From contig CAZZHA010000001.1 of assembly GCA_964653685.1 (NCBI GenBank), forward strand, positions 5,794 to 69,793: a stretch of 64,000 nucleotides of DNA. The letters run 5' to 3'. The notes under the pieces are model-generated. The model was given only the letters and a program-made list of their open reading frames with translations. It was not told the origin of the DNA and searched no databases. Origin of the DNA: an uncultured Gammaproteobacteria bacterium. GTDB lineage: Bacteria > Patescibacteriota > Microgenomatia > PFEM01 > JAHIFH01. Position numbers and translations under genes: made by a program. This document shows, piece by piece, positions 18,673 through 26,979 of this stretch. Within the stretch, counting starts at the first letter, position 1, and each line of letters starts with the position of its first letter.

Positions 18673-19200
18673 CTAACTAAGCTTACTAAGAACAAGTTCG
18701 ACTTCTTCTTCAGGTGTCATTTTGTCTGTTTCGACAATTAGATGAAAATAGTTTTTATCGAACTGATCTTTAATTTGGTAAAGCCGTTGGTGTTTTTCGA
18801 TGGTCGTTTTGTCACGAAAAATAACTTTTTCTCTTGCTTCTTTAAGAGAAACTTTTTCTCTTTGGGCAAATCTTTTAATCCGAACTTCTAAAGGAGCGAC
18901 ATAAAGAACCCGGAAAACATGAGGCATTTCTCTAGTCAACCAACCAGCTAACCAACCCTCATAAACAATCTTTTCTTCTTTTTCCATCATTTCTTTGGCT
19001 TTTTCATCAACTTCTTTATCAATCTCTTCAGGCACATCTTGGTAGCGTTCAATTGGCCAACCTTTTTCCTGACAGTACTGGCGAAAAATTTCTCCGGCCG
19101 TATGAAACCGCCAATCAAGTTTTTTAGCCAATTCCCAAGCTAAAGTAGTTGAACCCGAAGCAATGATTTTGCCAGTCACGGCAATGTTTTTATATTTCAT
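18673..19200 (-). CDS. Cytidylate-kinase-like family protein
   Basis: 175 aa. Degenerate P-loop (VTGKIIASGSTTLA) and overall similarity to the cytidylate kinase-like family. Confidence 0.6.
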   Translation of the reverse strand: MKYKNIAVTGKIIASGSTTLAWELAKKLDWRFHTAGEIFRQYCQEKGWPIERYQDVPEEIDKEVDEKAKEMMEKEEKIVYEGWLAGWLTREMPHVFRVLYVAPLEVRIKRFAQREKVSLKEAREKVIFRDKTTIEKHQRLYQIKDQFDKNYFHLIVETDKMTPEEEVELVLSKLS

Positions 19201-19691
19201 CAGCGTTCAATTAACTTACTGGTTGCCTCATTCCAACACTCAGGAACCAGGTCAACTGGAAAATTATAAGGTTCAATCTCCTCGCACATCACCGTACCAT
19301 TACCATCAGCGACAATAATCCAGCCACTACTATCATTATAAGCTAACCACCAACCACCACCTGTTTCACCAGCAAAACTAACGCCACCTTTAGCATAAGT
19401 ACCGGTATTATCACTGATCGTAACATTAACATCACTAAGGGGTTTATTATATTTCTCGGCAAAAGCCTCTTTTATTTGTTCAAGGTCTGATTTAGTCTCT
19501 TTGATTGAAGCTGTTGGTGCTGGTGAGGCGACTGGTTCAAATGTTGCTTCAGGACTCATCAACGGTGTGGGTAAAGGACTAGATTCAGCTAAAGATGGGC
19601 CAGATTTCATCGACCAATACAGAGCACCGCCGCCAACAAGAAATATTAAAACTAAAATTACTCCTAGAAACAAAAAAATCTTTTTACTCAT
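19200..19691 (-). CDS. Hypothetical secreted/membrane-anchored protein
   Basis: 163 aa. N-terminal TM (IFLFLGVILVLIFLVGGGALYW). SD AAGGAGGTGA upstream. Confidence 0.55.
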   Translation of the reverse strand: MSKKIFLFLGVILVLIFLVGGGALYWSMKSGPSLAESSPLPTPLMSPEATFEPVASPAPTASIKETKSDLEQIKEAFAEKYNKPLSDVNVTISDNTGTYAKGGVSFAGETGGGWWLAYNDSSGWIIVADGNGTVMCEEIEPYNFPVDLVPECWNEATSKLIER

Positions 19692-19709
19692 TCAAAAAAT
19701 CACCTCCTT

Positions 19710-20459
19710 TTAAAAACTAACTAAAAAAACAATCAAACCAATGGCCAGACAATAAAAACCAAAAAACCAAAATCTGGCACTCATCAAAACTCTTTCCAAA
19801 ATCTTTAAAGTAAGATAGCCAGTAATGCCGGCAATTATCATTCCCAAAATTCCCTGCTTCAAATAACTACAAGGTGAATAAACCAAATCAGGAATTTGTA
19901 AAACGAAAGCGCCTAGAATGGCAGGCACGGCTAAATAAAAAGAAAAACGAAAAGCCGTTTCCCTTTCTAGTTTACGTCCTAAAGCGGAAACAATCGTTGC
20001 CCCTGAACGAGAGATTCCAGGAATAATCGCTAAGGCTTGAAAAACACCAATCAAAAGAGCATCTCGCCAGTTCAATTTATCAAATTGGCGGTTTAATGAT
20101 TTAAACCGATAAGTAAAAAAAAGTAAAACACCGGTAAATAATAAAGCCAATCCGACTAATCTTAATGAATTGAAAATTTGAGTAATGTAATTTTGGAGAA
20201 AAAGACCAACGATAGCGGCGGGAATTGTGCCGATAATAATCAAGTAAATGGTTTTCTTAGAAATCTTTAACCACTCTTTTCTAAAATAAAGAATAATCGC
20301 GCCGAGAGTACCAAGATGAACTAAAATATCAAATAAAACCGGGGGTTCTGATAGAGCAAAGAGTTTTTGGAAGATAACCAAATGACCTGAAGAGGAAATC
20401 GGTAGGAATTCGGTTAAACCCTGGACAAAACCAAGAATGATTGCCTGAAGGTAACTCAT
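19710..20459 (-). CDS. uppP: Undecaprenyl-diphosphate phosphatase
   Basis: 249 aa polytopic protein. Signature LPISSSGHL and PGISRSGATI. Confidence 0.92.
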   Translation of the reverse strand: MSYLQAIILGFVQGLTEFLPISSSGHLVIFQKLFALSEPPVLFDILVHLGTLGAIILYFRKEWLKISKKTIYLIIIGTIPAAIVGLFLQNYITQIFNSLRLVGLALLFTGVLLFFTYRFKSLNRQFDKLNWRDALLIGVFQALAIIPGISRSGATIVSALGRKLERETAFRFSFYLAVPAILGAFVLQIPDLVYSPCSYLKQGILGMIIAGITGYLTLKILERVLMSARFWFFGFYCLAIGLIVFLVSF

Positions 20460-20490
20460 TAGCCCAATTCTATTAAATTTTCCTTCTTAA

Positions 20491-20524
20491 AACAAGAAAG
20501 CCACCTATTGGTGGTTTCCTTGTT
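20491..20524 (-). terminator. Hairpin terminator directly after rnpB
   Basis: 15-nt arms (20491-20505 and 20510-20524) with one mismatch and one G-U pair, and a 4-nt loop. On the minus strand it is followed by TTTTAAG. Confidence 0.6.
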
Positions 20525-20527
20525 GTT

Positions 20528-20819
20528 CCTAAAAAACCCGTAAGCCGGATTCTGTTTTAGCAGCCATCTATCTAGGCCCTCGAACTTTGGTGCTTGGGAA
20601 GACACCTAATAACGCACCTTTCGGAGGTTGCAGCGGGGAGGGTTACCTCTTTTCACCCTCTATCTCAAACCAGTTAGGTTAAAGATGAGTTGTTGTCTCT
20701 GTGGCCCTATCTAGCTCCATACGACCAGGCGCATGGAGTGACGCCTTTCGGCGCCCACCCTGTCTTCGGCTGTCCGGACTTTCCTCCCGCTTAAAGCGGG
20801 TAGCTGCCAGTTTTTTAGG
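20528..20819 (-). ncRNA. rnpB: RNase P RNA, bacterial type A, compact (about 292 nt)
   Basis: Minus strand carries GGGAGGAAAGUCCGGACA (complement of 20771-20788) and ACAGAAUCCGGCUUA (complement of 20541-20555), the two P4 strands. P1 pairs CCUAAAAAAC with GUUUUUUAGG. The region is GC-rich and has no ORF. Confidence 0.9.
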
Positions 20820-20865
20820 AACGGGGTTATTTTAGCATAAAAAAGCGAAAAAATCCAGTTTTAGG

Positions 20866-21855
20866 TTAAAGTTTTTTAAATCTTTCTGAAGAGAAAAATT
20901 CTGAAGCAATTACTTGAATCAATAAAACAGAAGGAACGGCTAAAACGGCCCCTAAAATACCACCAAGTTTGAAACCGATCGTTAAAGAAATGATTGTTAT
21001 TAAAGGATTAACACCCGCTTCTTTACCAACAATTTGAGGATAAATGAAATTAGCCTCAATCTGTTGAATCAAAAAATAGAGAGCCGCTACCGCCAAAGCC
21101 ATTAAGGGTGAAACCGTCAAACCCGCCAAAATGGCCGGTATTGAAGCCGCTACTGGTCCGATATTGGGAACAACTTCAAAAAGCCCGGCTAAAAGAGCCA
21201 AAGGCAAAGCAAACTCAATTCCCAATAAACGCAATCCCAAATAAGATACTAAGCCAATAATTACCATGGAAACCATTTGGGCTCTTATCCAACCACCAAT
21301 TTTCTCTTCCATGGCATCAATAAACTTTTCTGCTTTTTGTTCTCCGTCGCCACCAAAAAGAATATGAAGATAACGATTAAGATTCTTTCTTTCTAAAAGA
21401 AGATAGAAGGTAATTACCAAGAGAGCAGCAATCGCCACCACATTAGCTAAAATTCCCATGCTTATTTTAACCAGATTAGCGGGGACCGAACCTAGTTGTT
21501 GAATTTGGCTTTCTACAATGCGCTGGTCAATATTGGGAATACCCAAACCTTCAATGAATTCAGGTGCATTGGTAATTAAAGTTGAAGTCTGATCAACTAG
21601 GGGCGGAATGATACCAGCAATTACCAAACCAACAACCAGGAAAATCAGAATATAAACTAGAATAATTCCCAAAATCCTAGGAATTTTTATCTTCTCCAAG
21701 CGGTCAATCGTCGGATTAATGGCCGTCATTAAAATCAATGCAACAAATAAACCAATAATAATTTGTCTGATTTGCCAGAGTAAGCCGAGAAGAATCAAAA
21801 AAGCCACGGTGAAGATAATCGTTCGATGAGAAATCTCAATTTTCTTAGGCATCAC
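20866..21855 (-). CDS. AI-2E family (PerM/UPF0118) transporter
   Basis: 329 aa with about 8 TM helices. The C-terminal region (GLFEVVPNIGPVAASIPA, QQIEANFIYPQIVG) is typical of the AI-2E family. Confidence 0.85.
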   Translation of the reverse strand: MMPKKIEISHRTIIFTVAFLILLGLLWQIRQIIIGLFVALILMTAINPTIDRLEKIKIPRILGIILVYILIFLVVGLVIAGIIPPLVDQTSTLITNAPEFIEGLGIPNIDQRIVESQIQQLGSVPANLVKISMGILANVVAIAALLVITFYLLLERKNLNRYLHILFGGDGEQKAEKFIDAMEEKIGGWIRAQMVSMVIIGLVSYLGLRLLGIEFALPLALLAGLFEVVPNIGPVAASIPAILAGLTVSPLMALAVAALYFLIQQIEANFIYPQIVGKEAGVNPLITIISLTIGFKLGGILGAVLAVPSVLLIQVIASEFFSSERFKKL

Positions 21856-22756
21856 TTTTAGAGTACCACTTTTTAACTAAATCTTCTACCCTATTCTCCC
21901 ATCCTTTTTGATTAATGTCAAACCAATCAATTCGCTTATCTTTTTTAAACCAAGTCATTTGTCGACGAGCAAAAGCATGCTCGGCCATCTGCCAACACTC
22001 AATCACGGTTTCTCGATCAACTTTTCCTTCAAAAAAAGGTTTCCATTGAAGATAACCCATGGCGTTCATCGCTGGTAAATCCCAAGAATAACCTTGATCA
22101 ATCAATTTTTTAACTTCTTTTTCCGCTCCCTTTTTAATTCGCTCCTCGACTCGTTTATCGATTCGCTGGTAGATTTTTTGGTAGTCAGTTTTTAACCCAA
22201 TGAATAAAACTGACGGCTGTTGATGTTTTTTGGGTTGCCACTCAGGGTTTTCCTTTTTCCAAGCAACAATCTCAATCGCCCGAATTAAACGTCGAGGGTT
22301 CCGACGATCAGATTGATTCAAAGAAGCGGTTTTAATTGGATCAAGCTCTTCTAAATATTGATAAAGCTTTTGGGAGGACCAATCCTTCATACCCTCACGA
22401 ATCCGAGGACTAGGGGGAATATCTTTGGTAGCTAAACCATCGATCACCGCTTTAATATAAAAACCAGTCCCTCCCACCAAAATTGGCAGTTTGTTTTTCT
22501 TCCAAATCTTTTTAATTGCCTGCCAAACTAAACGATAATATTGAGAAACACTAAATTCTTGGTTAGGTTTAATAATATTGATTAAGTGAATTTTGATTGC
22601 CTTAGGATGATCTTTACCAGTCCCAATATCTAAGCCCTGATAAATCTGACGAGAATCAGCCGAAATTAATTCAACTTTAAACTTTCTCGATAATCTAACC
22701 GCTAGAGCCGTTTTCCCGGTAGCCGTCAAGCCACAAATAATTAGAAGTTTTTTCAT
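21845..22756 (-). CDS. miaA: tRNA dimethylallyltransferase
   Basis: 303 aa. P-loop GLTATGKTALA and DSRQIYQGLDIGTGK. Confidence 0.92.
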   Translation of the reverse strand: MKKLLIICGLTATGKTALAVRLSRKFKVELISADSRQIYQGLDIGTGKDHPKAIKIHLINIIKPNQEFSVSQYYRLVWQAIKKIWKKNKLPILVGGTGFYIKAVIDGLATKDIPPSPRIREGMKDWSSQKLYQYLEELDPIKTASLNQSDRRNPRRLIRAIEIVAWKKENPEWQPKKHQQPSVLFIGLKTDYQKIYQRIDKRVEERIKKGAEKEVKKLIDQGYSWDLPAMNAMGYLQWKPFFEGKVDRETVIECWQMAEHAFARRQMTWFKKDKRIDWFDINQKGWENRVEDLVKKWYSKSDA

Positions 22757-22781
22757 TTATGCTATATTTATATTTTAGCAG

Positions 22782-23474
22782 ATGAAGGACAGAGAAATTA
22801 TCAAAAAGTTAAAATCCCTTTCTAATCCCAAGAATATCGAGGGAATGATTCGTTTTGGGATTAACCCTAAAAATACCTATGGTGTCTCTCTTCCTGTTCT
22901 TAGAAAAATGGCTAAACAGATTGGTAAAAATCATCAATTAGCCCAACAACTCTGGGATTCAGGTATTCACGAAGCCCGAATCTTGGCGGGTTTGATTGGT
23001 GAACCAGAGAAGTTAACGGAAAAGCAAATGGAAAAATGGGTGAAAGATTTCGATTCCTGGGATATTTGTGATCAGGTTTGTAGTAATCTTTTTGATAAAA
23101 CTCAATTTGCCTATTCAAAAGCTTTTACCTGGACTAAAAGAAAAGAAGAGTTTGTTAAAAGAGCTGGTTTTGTGATGATGGCCTGTTTGTCAGTCTATGA
23201 TAAAGAAGCTAATAATAAAAAATTTGAGCAATTTTTTCCGATTATCAAAAGAGAAGCTGATGATCAAAGAAATTTTGTGAGAAAAGCCGTTAATTGGGCT
23301 TTAAGACAGATTGGTAAAAGAAATCTTGTTTTGAATAAGAAAGCCATTGCTGTGGCTAAGCAAATTCAAAAGATGGAATCTAAAAGCGCTCAATGGATTG
23401 CTAATAATGCTTTAAAGGAATTGACGAGTGAGGCAGTCCAAGAAAGACTGGTCGCGAAAAAAATGCTAAAATAG
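22782..23474 (+). CDS. DNA alkylation repair protein (AlkC/AlkD-like HEAT repeat)
   Basis: 230 aa. WDSGIHEARILAGLIG, FDSWDICDQVC and FVRKAVNWALRQIGKRN match the DNA alkylation repair enzyme family. Confidence 0.8.
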   Translation: MKDREIIKKLKSLSNPKNIEGMIRFGINPKNTYGVSLPVLRKMAKQIGKNHQLAQQLWDSGIHEARILAGLIGEPEKLTEKQMEKWVKDFDSWDICDQVCSNLFDKTQFAYSKAFTWTKRKEEFVKRAGFVMMACLSVYDKEANNKKFEQFFPIIKREADDQRNFVRKAVNWALRQIGKRNLVLNKKAIAVAKQIQKMESKSAQWIANNALKELTSEAVQERLVAKKMLK

Positions 23475-23499
23475 CTTTAAGGAAAGGGGGTGAGAAATA

Positions 23500-23883
23500 A
23501 TGAAAGGTTATGTAGGAAAAATAGAAGAGCTTACTGAAAAAAATAGTAACTTTAGGCAAGTCCTTTTTACCGGTAAATACTGCCAGTTAGTGGTCATGAG
23601 TCTAAAACCAAAAGAGGAAATCGGCATGGAGGTTCACAATCAACTGGACCAATTTTTCCGGATTGAAGAGGGACAAGCCAAGGTAATAATTGATGGTGAG
23701 GAACATCTTGTCGGCGATGGGGATGCAATTATTGTTCCGGGTGGTAGTCAACACAATGTTATTAATAATTCAGAAACCGAAGACCTTAAGCTTTACACAA
23801 TCTATTCTCCGCCCAATCATCCTGAGGGAACGATTCATCAAACAAAAGAAGAAGCGATGGCGGCTGAACACGAGGAACACTAA
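23500..23883 (+). CDS. Cupin domain protein
   Basis: 127 aa. Cupin motifs GMEVHNQLDQFFRIEEG and GDAIIVPGGSQHNVIN. SD AAGGGGGTGA upstream. Confidence 0.8.
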   Translation: MKGYVGKIEELTEKNSNFRQVLFTGKYCQLVVMSLKPKEEIGMEVHNQLDQFFRIEEGQAKVIIDGEEHLVGDGDAIIVPGGSQHNVINNSETEDLKLYTIYSPPNHPEGTIHQTKEEAMAAEHEEH

Positions 23884-23885
23884 AA

Positions 23886-24920
23886 CTAAACCTTAGTTTT
23901 TTGGTTAATCAATTTCTCTAAAATTTGCCAACGTCGTTTTTTCTCTTCTGAAGAAACATTATCTTTTAATTTAAAAGCAGCCGTACCTGGTCTGGGTGAA
24001 TATTTGGCGATGTAGGCTTTAACAAAACCAACCTTTTGACAAAGTTTAACCGTATTTTTAAAAGCTTTTTTAGTTTCTCCCGGAAAACCAACAATAATAT
24101 CAGTACTAATCTGAATATTGGGTATCTTCTTTTTGATTTTTTCTACTAACTTCAGGTATTGAGAAACAGTATAAGGACGATTCATCTTCTTTAAAATCTG
24201 ATTATCACCGGATTGGACCGGTAAATGAAGTTCCCGACTAACTTTTGCTAAACTCATCGCCTCAATAATCTCATCAGTCAAATCCCAAGGATTAGAAGTA
24301 AGAAAAGAAATTTTTTTAATTCCTTTTGTTTCATGAAGACCTTTAAGCAGTTTAGCAAAATTAGGTTGGTAAGAATTAACATTTTGGCCTAATAAAATAA
24401 CTTCTTGATAACCTTGTTTAACTAGATTCTCTACCTCAGTAATAATTTCCTTAAAAGGCCGACTGATTTCCTTGCCTCGAGCATAAGGAACAACACAATA
24501 AGAACAGAAATGATCACAACCCTCCATAATTGAAATCAAAGCACTGTTTTTCTTTTTTCTCTTAGGTTCAACTTTTTCAGAAGCAATTAATTCTTCAATA
24601 GTTTTAAATTCGTTAACTTGAGGCAATTTCCTTTTCAATTGACGTAAAGTGTAACGTCGTCTTTCACCTAAAGCTGAACCTAACATGCAACCAGTCAGAA
24701 TAATTTTCTGGTTTTTTTTTCTCTGTTGATTAAGATTATTAATTAAACCAAAAACCCGGTTTTCCGCTGATTCTCGAACCGAACAAGTGTTAATCACAAT
24801 CACATTAGCCTCTTCAATTTTCTTAGCCAGTTGATAACCTTTTTTTTCAAAAACACCAGCCATTCTCTCCGAATCTGCCTCATTCATCTGACAACCAAAA
24901 GTCTGAATAAAATATTTCAT
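23886..24920 (-). CDS. MiaB/RimO-family radical SAM methylthiotransferase lacking the TRAM domain
   Basis: 344 aa. UPF0004 N-domain (TFGCQMNEADSE) and radical SAM cluster CDHFCSYCVVPYARG. The protein ends right after the radical SAM core. Confidence 0.82.
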   Translation of the reverse strand: MKYFIQTFGCQMNEADSERMAGVFEKKGYQLAKKIEEANVIVINTCSVRESAENRVFGLINNLNQQRKKNQKIILTGCMLGSALGERRRYTLRQLKRKLPQVNEFKTIEELIASEKVEPKRKKKNSALISIMEGCDHFCSYCVVPYARGKEISRPFKEIITEVENLVKQGYQEVILLGQNVNSYQPNFAKLLKGLHETKGIKKISFLTSNPWDLTDEIIEAMSLAKVSRELHLPVQSGDNQILKKMNRPYTVSQYLKLVEKIKKKIPNIQISTDIIVGFPGETKKAFKNTVKLCQKVGFVKAYIAKYSPRPGTAAFKLKDNVSSEEKKRRWQILEKLINQKTKV

Positions 24921-24927
24921 AGCCTAT

Positions 24928-24936
24928 ATTTTAACA
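24928..24936 (-). promoter_or_regulatory. Extended -10 promoter, 7 nt upstream of the methylthiotransferase ATG
   Basis: Minus strand reads TGtTAAAAT, then ataggct, then ATG (24920). Confidence 0.55.
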
Positions 24937-24962
24937 TTTCCAGTCTCTCAATTTTACTCTTG

Positions 24963-24971
24963 TGATAAAAT
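24963..24971 (+). promoter_or_regulatory. Extended -10 promoter, 6 nt upstream of the MazG-like gene ATG
   Basis: TGaTAAAAT, then caggct, then ATG (24978). Confidence 0.55.
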
Positions 24972-24977
24972 CAGGCT

Positions 24978-25379
24978 ATGCATCAATTCAAAGTCGCCAA
25001 ATTAGTCCGAGACAAAATTGCCCAAAACATGATTGCTAATGAAAACGCTAGTTATCAAGTCTTAAACGATAAAAATTTTATTCACCAACTAAAAAAGAAA
25101 ATTCTCGAAGAAGCCAAAGAATTGGTTCCCGTTAAAGATAAGGAAAAGATGATTAAAGAAATCGCTGATCTTCAGGAAATTATTAATGCTTTAATCAAAG
25201 CTTTAAAATCTTCAAAAAAGGAAGTCAAAGCCAAACAAAGAGAAGAAAATAAAAAATCAGGCTCTTTTAAAAAAAGGCTTTATATTGAAAAGATTGAATT
25301 AGATAATAAGCACCCATGGCTTGATTACTATCTTTCTCACCCCAAAAAATATCCTAAAATCAAAGAAAAGAGTAATTAA
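24978..25379 (+). CDS. MazG-like nucleotide pyrophosphohydrolase
   Basis: 133 aa. KLVRDKI N-terminus and the EEAKEL..EIADLQEII helix pair are typical of the all-alpha NTP pyrophosphatase family. Confidence 0.65.
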   Translation: MHQFKVAKLVRDKIAQNMIANENASYQVLNDKNFIHQLKKKILEEAKELVPVKDKEKMIKEIADLQEIINALIKALKSSKKEVKAKQREENKKSGSFKKRLYIEKIELDNKHPWLDYYLSHPKKYPKIKEKSN

Positions 25380-25391
25380 CGGAAAATAATT

Positions 25392-26177
25392 CTAACTACT
25401 GGCACTTGTATATTGAGTTAAAGCATAGCGCCAAAAACGAAGCGATCCCCATAAAAACAAACCATTAACTAAAAAAGCCGCCATTACCCAAGGCCAAGAA
25501 ATCAAGCCCATTAAAGCTTTAGTGGGCACTGTAAAAAGAAAAACCACGGGAATGGTAAAAGTTAAAATCCATCTAATGATTTCCCTATAAATATCGGTTG
25601 GAAAGCGAGCCATGCCGGTCATATCACGATAAATCCAAAGTAAATGGTCTATTTCCATGGTAATGATACCAACGCTGCAAGCAAAAAGATGAAAAGAAAA
25701 ACCCAAGATAAAACTATTAAACAAGAGAAGCATCGCTAAAAATAAGTGATCAAAACCAGCAAAAAGTTGTTGGGAAAAGATAAACCAAACAAAGAAAATT
25801 GAAAGAGGAATTAAAGTAATTAAATCCAAGATATCGGTATAGCCAAAGACTGGTCGGAAAAAAGAAGGTAAAGGTCTTAATAAATCTAAGTCAAAATTAC
25901 CAGAAGTGACCAAGGGTCGAAAATGATAAGCGCCTCGGAATAAAAACTGGGTAAAGATATCAACGATGTTAAAAATTAAAAAGAATAAAATTACTTGTTC
26001 GCGAGAATAACCGGCTAGAGTTTTTGTTTGAGACAAAACTACTAATAAAAAGATAATCATAAAAAGAAATCTCAAAATCTTGCCAATGATAAAGAAAAGA
26101 CCTGATAAGGAAGTCAGTAATTGTTCTTGAGCTGCGTTCTTAGCCATTAAAAACCAAATTTTAGTCAATCGTTTCAT
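25392..26177 (-). CDS. ABC-2 family transporter permease
   Basis: 261 aa, 6 TM. Third gene of the ATPase-permease-permease operon. Confidence 0.75.
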   Translation of the reverse strand: MKRLTKIWFLMAKNAAQEQLLTSLSGLFFIIGKILRFLFMIIFLLVVLSQTKTLAGYSREQVILFFLIFNIVDIFTQFLFRGAYHFRPLVTSGNFDLDLLRPLPSFFRPVFGYTDILDLITLIPLSIFFVWFIFSQQLFAGFDHLFLAMLLLFNSFILGFSFHLFACSVGIITMEIDHLLWIYRDMTGMARFPTDIYREIIRWILTFTIPVVFLFTVPTKALMGLISWPWVMAAFLVNGLFLWGSLRFWRYALTQYTSASS

Positions 26178-26181
26178 TAAT

Positions 26182-26979
26182 TTAGCCTCCCCAGGCAGAG
26201 TAATGCCTTAAACCTTTTCGCCAAACTAACCGCGAAAGATAAAACATCATCACTAACCAAAAAATCATCACTCCTGTTACCTTGATTATTTCCATGATTG
26301 AAACCTGTTCTAGCCAAATTTTTAAAGGAAAATAGATTAAATAAGGAAAGGGAGTAGCGAGAATAAAGCGAGCTAACCAATGAGGAAGAATGTCGATCGG
26401 AAAAAAAGCACCTGACATAAATTCAACTACCACTAACATAATCAACCAGCGCGGTGCCCAATTAGATTCTGTCCAAAAAGATAAAGAACAAGCAATCAGA
26501 TTAATAAAAAAGAAAAGCAAAGCTGATAGGAAAATCAAGAGAATAAAAAAGAGGAGATTAAGCGGGTTTTGAGGAAACCAAAAAGGTGGTCTAAAAAGAT
26601 AAAGAACCAACCCAATCTCAACTAAAACAAAAGAAAGATTCAAGAGTTTGTCAGCCAAATCGCGAGTAAAGTAAAAGTTTCGGGGAGATAAGGGTTTGAC
26701 TAGAAAACTATTAATCTTACCACTATAAATATCGGCCTCAAGGTCGGTACTCCGATTAGACATTACCAATCCCCTTAAAAAGGCAATCCCAATCACATAA
26801 GTCAACATTTGGGCTTTTTGGTAGCCAAAAATTTCACCTCGCCCCTGGTAAATAGCGGCCCAAAAGAAAAAAAGAGTCAAAAAAAGAATAAAACTGCGAA
26901 ATCGCCAAAGAAGAAAGTTCAAACGGTAAACAAAATATTCTTCAAGCGTGTTTTTAATTAATTGAAGATACTTAGTCAT
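26182..26979 (-). CDS. ABC-2 family transporter permease
   Basis: Multi-TM protein. The ORF-track start at 27018 lies inside the ATPase gene. The ATG at 26979 (MTKYLQLIKNT) overlaps the ATPase stop by 8 nt. Confidence 0.75.
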   Translation of the reverse strand: MTKYLQLIKNTLEEYFVYRLNFLLWRFRSFILFLTLFFFWAAIYQGRGEIFGYQKAQMLTYVIGIAFLRGLVMSNRSTDLEADIYSGKINSFLVKPLSPRNFYFTRDLADKLLNLSFVLVEIGLVLYLFRPPFWFPQNPLNLLFFILLIFLSALLFFFINLIACSLSFWTESNWAPRWLIMLVVVEFMSGAFFPIDILPHWLARFILATPFPYLIYFPLKIWLEQVSIMEIIKVTGVMIFWLVMMFYLSRLVWRKGLRHYSAWGG

